Origin: Balanoglossus misakiensis
Lineage: Eukaryota > Animalia > Hemichordata
Assembly: GCA_040954595.2 (NCBI GenBank)
Contig: CM082585.2
Coordinates: forward strand, 11,327,451-11,391,450
DNA: 64,000 bases
Reading direction: 5' to 3'
Positions 22,801 through 35,695 of the stretch are shown here, one piece after another. The translations under genes were made by a program, and so were the position numbers. Under the pieces are notes generated by a model. The model saw only the letters and a program-made list of their open reading frames with translations. It was not told where the DNA came from and searched no databases. Every line of letters starts with the position of its first letter. Position 1 is the first letter of the stretch.

Positions 22801-25800
22801 AACGGTTGCTGTTTCCTCCAAACACTCAACTGCCACCGTTATCGTAAATTTCTTTCTTAATTTAATGTTTCGTCGACGTTCATCCAATTTCGCAGTTTCA
22901 GATAGCGCCGATAAAACGACCACCATTTGCGTTGGGCTCGGAAGTCATCAATACGGAGTAATAAAACTTTTAATAGCTTGGAGGACGGGAGACAAGCTCG
23001 CCTTCGGTCACTTACCCGGCCGATAAGACCCACAGAACTCCGAGGTGTTCTTAAAATTAATTTTTCACATTCAGCCTTATTACTCTTTCATCATTCCGAG
23101 GGAAATCTTCATCTTCTCCCGGTCGCCATGGCGACAACCCGCTTTAGTGATAATGTCAGGAATGTCACTTCAAACGGCGAGGATCGGATGCGGTGTGAAC
23201 TTTGCGTCGTAATCCCTGGAGACCTGGAAAGTAGACGAGAGATATGACTTTAAAAGTTGGAAGATGCTGGGTTCGGGTACAAAATGGCGGACGCCTGGCC
23301 AGATGCAGAGGAGTTAACGGGGTACGAGCAGGCAACGTTATATTCCTCGCATGGAGGATTAAACAAACTCGCGTGCACTTTTTATTTCTGAAGGGAAAGT
23401 TGAGCACCGACAAAACAGTAGCTCAAAGGAAGCTTAAAGATTATTCCATAAATCCATCTGGTATGCAAGCATACTTAAGACGACTAAGCAACTTATGCAA
23501 AAAGAAGGGGTTAAGTATATCTCTCTAGAGGTCGGAGATTATGGGTCAGATGTCAATTTCAAGAAGTCAGCGTGGCTCTTCATATACTTTTCTTCGGGGC
23601 AAAGAAACTATAACGCTGTATACAGTTATTACAAACGCAGAAAGAAAAATTAAAACAGGGAGTAGAAACTTAATGATCGAATTATTTCCATAATCTTGGC
23701 AACGACGATGGTTCTATGCTTGCATACCCAAAGTTTCCACGGATATGTTGACCCGATGTGGCTGTGTGTCTCTCATCCTAGCGCGCTAATCCTTGCCCTT
23801 AATCACTCATTTCCTTCGACTCAAGAGATTACCTTCGATAGTTCAGAAATGTATCATTTATCGTTCGAAAATTAAACCGAATTCTGTCCATCACTCTGCT
23901 CCGTTGGAAGGGCGATCAATAAAATGTTCAATGCACCTTAATTTAGAAAGCATTTTTCCTTGCTTAAAGGACACTAAATATTTTCTTTTAAAAACTGAAA
24001 AATCAGGGATCAATGTACCGTCTTTATCGCAGAAGAAAATGTTTCCATATTGATGAATAATTTAAATTCAAAATGGCCGCCAATTGTGTTGTCTTCAGCC
24101 ACCAAACCAAACCAAAACAAAACAAAACAAACATAGACAAGATGCCAAGAGGCGAGGTCATGCAGGGGAAATGAAAGGGGTCAATTGCGCATGTCAAATA
24201 ATTCGAATTTTATTCAAATGAAATCTTCAACCGGACAAATTTAGATTTCTTTGAAGAGAGGTCAGCTGTTTTAAATTTTGTTTTTGTTTTTGGCGTCAAG
24301 TAAGCTTCTTTTCTATTCATGTCGATATGTTCGACACTCAACGCCGATTCTACAAGTGTAATTTTGTATCATTGTTGACCACTGAATTAAAGTCCGGACT
24401 TTATTTCAAATGCTAACAATACCGGTGGATAGACCATATAGGGACCAAATTGTATATAATACACCATTCATTTACCATCACGTAGCATCGACCAGTCGCA
24501 TCATACTCCCATTTTCTGACTGCAATATTAATAACAAATTTGTACAGTCGTCAAACTATCATGTTCGAGGGATAAATACGGCGTCTTTTGGCAATATCGG
24601 GTTTAATATACTGATATTAATGAATACCCTGGCATATTAATCTTATTAATCAGGCCATGCACATATATTTTTTCGTTTACACTACGAAAACGTTGCCTTC
24701 GTGAATTAATTAACTTAAAACATAGAAGCGCGCAGACCTTCCAAATGACGAAGTATGACGCACCGGTCGATATGCAATGCTGCATACACTCAGATTGTTG
24801 ACGGGTGGTTCGGTTGAATGGAACACGCCGTTCACAAAATGTAGGTCAGCGAAGGAATTGTTATAAACTGTTTTATGTACAATAACACTAAAGGGGACAA
24901 AACCACGAAAAGTTGCGGCTAATGGCGTTTGAACCTTCTTTTGTGCCTTCAATTACGATTCGGTCATGGATCAGATGACGCTTGCTAAAAATAATGGCTG
25001 AAATGTAACCGTTTTGTGTAGTGCCCTCAATTTGCGGTCGCCTATTATGTTATAACAAGTGTAACAAATACCACTATTGACTGAAATCTTTTCACATTGC
25101 CACAATGAACAAAATGAAGATGGCTTTTCGCCATTCATTTCTTCCATAATGAACGCAGACAATCGAATTCCTTTCATGAGGAAACGAATGATGCCTGCAA
25201 TCTTACCGGTGGCGGCGTCGTACGTAAACACTTCTATTGATCCGTTATTCACCGTCAGTTTTCACGTGCTGTGTGCGTTACTGTTAAGCTGTGATCCTTA
25301 TTGATGGATTGGCAGGGACGTGAAACTATCGATTTTCCCTCGTGCTGCGTCAAACAAATGCCGGAGCTTGGCTTTCACTTTGATTCTTATTGACCGACAT
25401 ACGGCAAAAGTGCGGAGTTTTAGTGAACCTGAAATTGGCACGTGACTTGAGCTAATTTAAAATTGAATTTGCCATCATGATCACATACCTGGTGCAAGCG
25501 ATAATGGACCCGAGTTCTCTCGTCGTTTTTCATCTCTCTCCCATTCCATTCAGCCGATTTCCTTAATTCTATTGAAATGGAGCATCAATCCCACCACCGG
25601 CTTATCTGAAATCGTGAAGGAGAAAAATCACCAAAACACATTAGACATTCGAACATTTATTTTGGCGCGAAAAATATCACATATGGTCGTTTGGCACGAT
25701 TTACGTACACAGATTGATGACAGAATTCACACTTATAATGCGTACACAGACCACATTTAGAAAACCACTTTCAATCGTGAGTGATTTCGAAAAGAAAAGA

Positions 25801-28800
25801 AGAAACCGGCCTGTTTATTCAAGGATAATTTGGTTTACCGAGTTACACATTGGTGTTGGATTATTTTCTCAGTGTAGGTTTTACTTGCAGAATAGACTAT
25901 TTACACTGATAATGCGCCACTGTGTATAAAATCCCTCTTTCTCTTTGATTATATAATGTTCACCTTATTTGTATCTTGTCATGGGCATACAACGCTGTGT
26001 GTTTAGTTGGATATCTTGTATTTATTCACCAAACAAAAATACAATGCATTTCAAGTAGATCTGTATTCTCTGCTGTTTGGTTCGGAATATTTGCTGTGCA
26101 GCTGCGTTGATAATTATGATGGCGCCAGAACGACACTTTTTATTGTTTCACCGCCCTACAAATATATGTTATTTCAGAGGCCAAACGGTCATGAGAAAAC
26201 TTGCTATTTCTCCCAAAAATCACAAAGAATGCTATAACTTCAGTTTTCAATCACTATAATTATCATGGAGGAATTTAAGTCTCATTTATGATCAATCAAT
26301 CAATCGGCATGAAAGTAGCCGTACGGGGCAACTTCAGGGGAAATTTAAATTCCAGCCGAGGTTGATGCGATAGCCTTGAATTTGGCGGGTGAAAAACAAC
26401 AACAAGGGGGTGCAAAAACCAGAAGTCTGAAACATAGAAACAGGATGTCTAGTTTCACTGGCCTCCAACTAAGAGGCTGGTTCTTACATTTAGTGAAAAA
26501 GGGCGCGCACAAACCAAACAAAGCCAGGCTTGTCCATTATATCGACAGGTAAAGTAAACGAACTTCTTCATAACTCCCAGTGTTCTTGCCAACATCAAAG
26601 GCAACAGCATGCTTTTCACACACTGTTACATATTCCGATTTAAATGTAAAATCAATAGTGGATTTTCCCAGTCGTAGGGGGGCTTAACAAATCGAACTCC
26701 GCATATAATTAACGCGTACCAAAACATACAGTAATTTTTATTCATCTTCCCTTTGTGGGCAGGCGGCAGCCAGCACCCGCGTTGTTTGGACCACTGGTGT
26801 CCCAGTGTTCGGGTTCTGTTGGTTTTCCGCCACAAAACAATCATCACTGGACACAAAAGTATCATAGAACGAGGGAAAATTACGCGTGTTACACAGTCCG
26901 CTAGCGTTCAATATGTAAGCATTCAAGTCTGACGCGCCTGATGTACACACACTTCCAAACATCATCGGGCCCCGATTGACCTTCAGGGTAACTACGACTC
27001 CGGACGCTCGCCGCTAGAAGGCACCGGGCGATAATCAGCGAATGCCGTTGACTCAGACCGGACAAGCCGCTAACCTGTGAATATTCCGAAATTTAAAAGA
27101 TTTTCTTTCGGTTTAATTTTAAAAAAACGTAAATTACAAGTTTGGCGACCGCAGTCACACGGACACGTGGTGAGAAGCCTAGAATTTGAAAGCTGTGTGC
27201 GGTGAATGAAAGACCTGGCCAACCAACACTGCCCCCCGGACACAGAACATTAAAACGAAGCTTAAAGTCGGTTTCCAATTGAATTTCTAAAGCGCTATGG
27301 TATTAAGCAAATCTTTACCGACGAGCAGCTGAAATTGTTTGGGGCGTTAATAAGACGCAGTAAGTAAAGTCGTAGTTTGCAGAAACCCAGGCATAATCAT
27401 TCCATTCAGGCGACATCTTTTTCGCCCGTAGCGTTGCTGATTAAAAGTAATTATGGCTTGCCTTCAGCGTTTCGGTTCTCGACAGACAACGGGTAACTTT
27501 GTCTGAAGTCGGGGCTCTGCCCTGCAACAAGCTATATCCGTCTCCAATTTTAACCACGCCACATTGCAAAATAGTTAAAAGTTCAGAAGCTAATATACAG
27601 GCAAGTTTACAGCGGCTACATGTTTTAGCAGACAAGAGAAGGGGACTTGAATAGTGTAGACTAACCCCTCCATGGTTCAAACTCATATCAATTGTTCGGA
27701 GTAAAATAGAAAATAACACAAGCGACAATTGTTGCCTGTCAACGTGTGTACATTTCATCAAGTGTTACATTGTATCTACTTTTAACGACCGTATCGAGAA
27801 CTGCAACCGGAATTACACACTCTGCAAGAAGACTCGCGAACGCTCACTCCAGCGCGCGCGCGCTCGACGAGGTTTACAATAGCGCAACACCCGAACTCGA
27901 GCCGCGGACGCGCCAAGGTGGAAAACCCACAGACGAAGACGACACCGCGACGGAAATCGACAACTAGATAAAATATCGCGAATTACTTATAATGGTCCCA
28001 ATACGGGTTTTGCTAATAAAGTGAAAAATGGTCCTAAGCTCTCCCCCGGTGACAATAATGACCGATTGGCAATTCATCTTGTAAGGCGAAATGGGGATCA
28101 CGCAATAATTTAATTGTGCTTGCGAGAGATCGGCCATGAAATGTAGTAGGCCCAACCTCTGATCCGGAACAAGTTCGTTTTAAATGACACACAGATAAGT
28201 TATTACAAGGGATCGCAAGTGATGCAGAACCAACGTGAAAGGGGGTGAATGTATAGATGGCTACTTTTTATGGGCGAACTACCGCAGTCCCTGTCTCGAC
28301 GACCTCTATCTAGTTGCTGATGATATATTTATTCCTGTGCGTAAAACCTCGTTTGTCGCTCTGTTTATGGCAGCGTCACACTCGTAAAGTGAGAAGGGAG
28401 TGACGTGTACTGCGCCCGGTCATTGGGTTTGATCTCCGCGTGCGTGTTGACGCAAAATGTGGCCGCGTTTCTTGGGAGATGTACCCAGCTGCCACAACCA
28501 GGTGACCAACTTACATCTACTAAAAAAAACAAGCAACCCACAAGATCACCACCCCCCCCCCCTTTCCAGTCCCACATGCGAGGACTCTCTCGCAGATGGA
28601 AATTCCTGCCCCCAGCGCAGTCCTACCGCCGGCAACACCGTGCAAAACAAACCTTCTCTGCTTCTCTGAAATTCCCACGAGGTATTAACAAATTCAAGAT
28701 AAAATTGGACGGGAAAATCTTGACTGTTGGACGGATCAATATCTTTGTTCTATCCCGACATTACGAAAATCCTGGCCTAAAGAACGAAATCGGGGCTTAC

Positions 28801-31800
28801 AGCTACTACACATCTATTCAAATCTGGGGTTGTTGCGTATGTAGCTGCACTCGTAGCTAGCCTGGCCTTGTGTCCTCAACTTTTAAGTAAGGGTTTCCTC
28901 CTGGTTTTAAATACTGCTATCGAAATCCCTTTCCGGGACCGTGGAATTAAAGCGTAAGAAATATCAATGGACAATCTCCAACAGCAACTTCAAGCGAGTC
29001 ATGTGACTGGGGGTATCTTTGATCAATCCTATCTCGATTTCGACGTCGACGACACCAGTGATGCAGTAGCAACCGATGTGTATCTATGTTAATGGGGATG
29101 CGTTGCCGGGCAACCACTAGTCGTGCTTCAGTTATGTCCACCAGTTTACGGTCGCGCACAGCTGCTAAAGTTGGAATTTTTGACTTTAAATAAGACAGAA
29201 GTGGAGTCCGAAAAAACCCTGCTGGTCGCCGCTTCACTGGAGATTATCTTCGGTATAGAAAAGGTGCGCCGGAAACGATGGATAAGAGTTAAAACTGGGA
29301 TCATGGTCAACACCGGAGATCGTAAAAAATCAAATCACGTGCGTGTAGGTCAGATCGTTACACCAGGTTGTCTAAAGCTGATTGATAAATGTTTCTTCTT
29401 TGCGTTGGTTGCACGATTAACAGCCAAGCACACGCGCTCAACCAAGTCGCTTTATTACTGATAATATTAAGACGAGGAAATCCCCGTGTAATTGGCGTGT
29501 GATAGCACTTTTGTTTATCAAAACCTTTTATATATTTTGTAACAATTGCTGCCAATTCAAAGCTCTATAGTCTACCAGATCGGATTCTGGCAAATCGTCA
29601 AAAGCTTGTCACAACACTACAATAACAATGAATGAGCTGAACTCAGATCTCGCACAGGATACCACGAGACTCGGCGAGATCTGACGGGAAATGGCCCAGA
29701 CCTCGAAGTGTATAAACGTATCAAAATATGGACCCTGGCAATAACTCAGTTATGTTTGATTTCGTACCATTTAGAAGCTTAGGGAAAGATGAAATTACTA
29801 AACTGAATGCTAATTGTAAGAGAGGTGTTTATAGGCGGAGAGAAACACCTTAGTTGATTGGACGACAGTTTGGGAAACTGAGATTGTTAACTGTCGGCTT
29901 TTTATTACTCCCTGTACACATTGACTCTAGCTTCTATTTAATCAACTTTACTTCTTACCATAAAATATATCGATCTACCGGGCTGTTTTTATAAGCAACT
30001 GGGACATTTTCAGAATGGATATCAGCCGACACGATATCTGAAAAGATTGATTTCTTTTTCACACCCGATGAATAAACCACAATTGGGGTTTTGTTACCTG
30101 CCGTTGTCGTCCCTTTCCTCAAATCATCGTCCATGCATTGTGTGAACCCCCGGAGCTGAATTGACTTCCCCTTTCGTCGCTACTTCCGTCTTGAGAAACA
30201 GGGGCATAGCCAGAGCTGAGCAGTGCAGAATGTCGCATCTCGGGATCGTCAATTAGAGGTACTCTTTCACCAAGCTCATACGTCATCCTCGCAAAATGTG
30301 TGAAATTTCATCAGCAGGCTGGTCGACTTCAACTGGTAATAAATAAAAAAACATGCGCAAGTGTCAGTGATAAGTGTATCTACGATGTTTTTATCACTGC
30401 TCCACTCGGTACATCTGCGTACATCATGCAATGTTTTGCGCGTAAATATATTTGCGACGAATATTTATTTGCGACACATTGCATCGCGAGTACGTTGCCG
30501 CCATATGCAGCAAGCCACTGTAGCTGCCTACCCTCAATTCAATTCATGTTTTTGAAGGATGGCTTTCCCGCGCAGATAACGGTATGACGGGGAAAAAATC
30601 TAAACGGAAACGACTAACTGCAATTTTCTTTATTACTGATAGGGGATGTCAGGGAGTTTTATGGGACTGGGCTAGCGCCTACAGGCCGTCTACTTATTGT
30701 AAATATTACGAGGATCACCATTTTAATGATAGTTTATTAACCATGCTGAAACTGACCCGGGGAGTACTTTCTGCTAACTACTGATATCTAAAGTGATGGG
30801 AGCTTAAAATAAAAAAAATGGTCGTGCAGTCGCGCCATATGCAAATAAATGATGCGGGCGGTTTTTGTTTTCCGTCATAGCGTCGTCCTTGATGGCATTC
30901 TCGTTCGGTTGTAAACCAGACGAAAATGTGTAAATTGATGACCAAACGGATCTAGCTGGTCGTTACCAACTCCGCAAGTATGGCTCCCTAGGGACGCACT
31001 GGCGAATCCAACAAGTGGCACTGCTTGCGTGCAATCAATTATGTCATGCTGCAGCAATGCTACCTATTTATATGGAGATAGAGGGTGTGGTTCTCCGTGA
31101 TTCCCAAAAGACATTTCAAAACTTTTAAGTTTACTTCATATCCGCATTAGACTAAAAGGGGAACCTTCTCTCTCTCTACTGAGAAAACTGTGCGTATATG
31201 TAGTTCAAGCTAAATCAAAATTAATGAATCGAACTTCATTATTTCTGTCGCAAATCGTGGACAGGAAATCCAAAATGTTGGTGCGCGGACACATTTCAAA
31301 CGTCGCCATCTTGTCTGTATGTCTCTGTCTGCTATTAAGGGACCATCCATCATCGAAATGTTGACGTGACTACACTTAACGCACATGTTGATGCCGCCGC
31401 TTGATATTTGCAGGGCCCGACATTCCTCCTCGACCTTTTTGGCGACACGCCGCCTGTGTCTGAAATTCTTCTCCCCAGTCCACCGGGTGAGGACTGCCGA
31501 CTTTTTTTTTCGAGGGGATACCACGAAGACACGAACGGTTGCCTTAGGAACGCGAACTTTCAAACATACGCCCTTGCGTGGTCGGTGCCCGTTTGCACGG
31601 GTCGTCACGGAGCGGGCAGCCATGTTGACAAACATGGGCCGGGCTTCAAACTCGCTGAAATGCCCCCAAAACACAAAAATGGCGGCGAACAAACTGGGTG
31701 GGTTGCGGAAACGCGAGGACATACACGGTGTGGGGGAGAGAAAATGGAGCGCTTTCAGTCGGTGTCGAAAGAGTGGGAAAAAGTGGTGAACTTTGATTGA

Positions 31801-34800
31801 TTTGGCGGGAAACGATGTTCATGGTACGACACAGCTGAGGTGACGTCATTCTTGAACACCTGTCATGCAAGAGGTCAAGCTAGCACGCTAAAACTTATTA
31901 CACAGTGCGGGTCCAATTTACCGAAAGGGCGATAAATCATACACAATTGTTGTTTTAAAAATACCCTGTTGCCATGGTAGCAACCCTACAAAATCGACAC
32001 AAACTCAGGGGGATCAGTCGGTTGAACCGACGGTGAGGATCTTCGTTTTAAAAAAAAAATTATTATCATTTATATTTTTAGATGGTTGGGTTGGGTCGCC
32101 GTCGAAAATACAAAGGAAGAGTTGTTTGACTTTTAAAACTTCTTGGTTTGTTAGCCGAGACCGTTATACCATGTTTGTTGGTTGGAATCAGCATGTGATC
32201 ACGCGGGCGCTGCTTTCAAAATTTCACAAAATTCCACGGGCCACAAATTCCCTTACACTTTATACTTCAGTCGCCACAATGAGCACTCAGAAAGAGATTT
32301 CTCATTGCACATGTGAAAAAATCATCAATATTCATCCTCAGATGGTTAGTAAATAAAAAAGGACAACAAGATGAAATCATAACAGCGCTTTAAAAAATGC
32401 GATTTTATTTAGTTCTGTATCACCTGTGGGTCGTCTCATGCTTCAGAAATCGCGAGCTTCTCTCTGCTGCCCATTCTGAGTTTTCCCATGATAATCTGTT
32501 GGATCCATGCTTGACTGGACATCTAGCGCATTGTTTACAGTGATGGCTATCACAACGAGTAGAAATAAATATTTATTGGGGGTAATTCGGGTGCTCGCCT
32601 TTCAAAAACACGCAGTCTGAAATTTGATGTAATTATACAATGGTTCTTAACAACTGTGTGGAAAGCTTGGAAGTTTGGGGGGGGGGGGGTAATCAGTTTG
32701 TAAGGATCTTGTAATTGGCTTTCCTGGAGTTAAGATTCCTGGGTGTTAGTTTGCTTACAGATGAGAGGGGGCTCAGCTCAACGTGATTTGAAGGGCTCTC
32801 GCTGTGATAAAAGTTTGGCGTTTGAGTCAACGCTGACAAATCTATCGGGGGCAATGGTAGTCACACTGCAGCTGGCTTGCAACCAACACTGCTCATAAGG
32901 CGTGACTCGTTTGAATGGATTAGGTTCACCCAGGCGAAACAAATGGCTGCCCCTACATACCAACCAGCGCTAGTACCTATTCCCACGGGCTTAAAAATCG
33001 GTCCCAATTTGCATGATGTTTGGTTGGGTCTGCGGGCCACCCAAAGGAGTCGTGTTTTTCAAGGTGGGTGGAGGAGGCCATCTTGGACAGGCTTGGGGAG
33101 AGAAAAAACAACGACAACTTTGACGACCCCCGCGACGCGGCGGTGAAACTTCTCCGATACTCCGCCACCGCGCCGCTCCCGTCACTGCGAACGGTAGAAT
33201 AAAGGTAGCCCCCACTAAATCAAACAGAACGCATTGAGGAAAAAGCCGGTTTCTTTGTTTGGCGTTTCACCAAATTTCTATGCTTGCATTGTCAGGTACA
33301 CACAGGCGTATTAGTGCTATGCTCCACCGGTTTCAATGGAGTCTTTTCAAGCCCTTTCAATATTAATAGCCGAAAGGTGCAAGGGACCGTCTTTGTTCTA
33401 CCATAGACTATCACTGACACGCTGTTGGGGTTTACAAATTGCAAAACCAATGAACGCTTCTGAGAGTCCGTTATGTTTCAGTCCGAAACTTCGGTCGAAA
33501 TTTCGCTGATTTTCCCTCGAGTGGTCGGTTTCGGCCACACCTGCGTTGCTTACCGGGTTAATGCATGCATACCATTTTCGCTTGATTTGAGGCCAGGTAA
33601 AAGTTGTCCACTCTACATGTCGTCTTATGTGTGCGCAGGCTGTTCACTCGGCCGTGAAAAACAACCCCACTTGCGATAGGTCAACGCCTTCCCATATTGC
33701 AACGCGCCACGGCTGGAAAAAAAAACGAATGAAAAAAAAAGTTGACCACGCCCCTATGTAGGCGGAGCTTAAGAGCCTGTTGATTCCTGTTCAAGTTCCA
33801 ACTCGAATCAAACATCACCGCGGAAAAATGCGAATATTCCTCAAGTTGGATCAACTGATTCTTAAAAAAAAAAGCGGAACACTTTTTTATCCGAATGCAT
33901 GTGAAAGAAGAACTAACTCAGAAGAAAAGGTCGAAGATGGAAACGACATCTTCTCCCCAGAGCAGACAGCGTAATTTACTCTGCAAGAACAAATTTCGTC
34001 AAATGTTGTTCCTTGACTAGGCTTTTGTCAAGAGAGACAGAGATTCGTTCGAAGATCGTGAGCTGATGCGCTCATCGTCAAATAAAATAAGGTGTGCGAG
34101 ATGGAATATAATAAACAGACGAGTACGCTGTGTGATTCTAGAGGGACGGGTGGTCGACGACAGGGATGCCTGTTGTCAAGTGCTGATTCTCCCGCCCAAC
34201 CGACGTGATGCATTCACGGATCCGAAGAAAGCGTCGGCGCAAAAGTGAAGCCGTGACCACAAGCAGTTTATACTGCAGCTGACAACGACTTTCAGCTCGT
34301 ATGCGCCGAGTTTTAAATTAAGGAGACTTCGCGATGCCATATGACATTGTTGCGACCGACGGCGTCACTAAAGCAATAAAATCGAAATCCTGCGCAAAAA
34401 TAGATTTTATTTCCTCGGCATATATATACCGATTAAAATTGTTTGTTTGGATGCACCGTTGCTATGGTAATATTGCCCTAGCGAACAGAGGGCAACAAGT
34501 TTGCGCAAATTACAAGAGGTAGCACGGAACACAGAAAGCGTTTTTTTCTTTCGTACAACCATTTCGGACTGGAAAATTTAATAAGAGCTGTAAATAGGCT
34601 AGCCCGCAGGGGTACTGGGTGTTGGCAAAGTTAGGCTGACCTTTGACATTGCGGTGTGTTTTCTGCAAGACAGGAGTGGGCGACATCTTCGTCTCAACGA
34701 GTCGATGACTCCAAGACGCTTTGGGGCACTGACACATCCGCGCCACTGAACCCAACCCACATTAAAGATGCTCTGTAGTCATTTCATGAGCTGCTATAAA

Positions 34801-35554
34801 ATCTAAATTAAAGTCTCTTCGTCCGATTTCAATAAATTTACGCGCCGTTAACTTACTCTGAGAGGAAAGCGTACGTATATTTTTCCATTATATTGCTTCC
34901 AATACATCCACTTTAGCTGTTTTGAAGTTTCTCTCTCTCTCTTTCTCTCTCTACCTATCTATCTCCCCCTCTGTCTGTCTCTCTGTGTCTGTTCGAACTT
35001 ACTCCATGACTCCGCACGTGACCTGTGGTCACCTCTGAGATTATACGCTTTCCTGTCACATAAAAGAAGAAACATTGCACGAAAACCCTCAGAAATCGTT
35101 CAAAAATGTTTATTTCACAGGAACATTTTGTGTTTTCTTCGGAATTGTTCCTACGGTGTAGAATTGTGTTTCTCCTTCAGCCCACTGTCTGAGGCTGAAA
35201 GCATTTTTTTCATCATTTTCAAAAAGTAAGGCAAATCGTTATATGCGTCATATTATGTAGGCCTCCGGGGAAAACGCTAACACAAATGGACTGTCAAAAA
35301 CGAAGATTAAAATCCTCACTAAGCCGACTACGCATAGTTAGCTGACTTTGGCTAAGTTATTAAAACGCACTACCAGGAGAATTTCCCTACACAGATCCCT
35401 GTCAGAACAGAAATTGGGTTGGATTTTTAATGGACTTGTTTGATAGGCTCTAAATCGCGTGATGATATCTGTATGAGGGGGGAAAGTTAACCCCGCATGG
35501 GGAATAACCATCCATAGTAATCAGCATGTTATAATAGAAATCTTCTCAATCACT

Positions 35555-35695
35555 CGCCAAAATTTCACTAAACGACATCATCTTGTCAATCGGCGCTAAA
35601 ATTTAACCCAAACGATATCATCTTGTCAATTTTGTGCGAAAATATTAAGATCAACCCCGTTTGTCATTTGTGCGCCAAAATTTTACCAAACAACA
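35555..35695. repeat. Degenerate ~40-bp minisatellite, 3-4 copies
   Basis: AACGA(C/T)ATCATCTTGTCAAT at 35571-35590 and 35611-35630; CGCCAAAATTT-like starts recur at ~40-bp spacing. Confidence 0.7.

Noticed and set aside
23930-24300. Possible degenerate MITE around AAATTCAAAATGGCCGCC
   Set aside because: It resembles interspersed repeats I recall from invertebrate deuterostomes, but I could not define terminal repeats or a target duplication.
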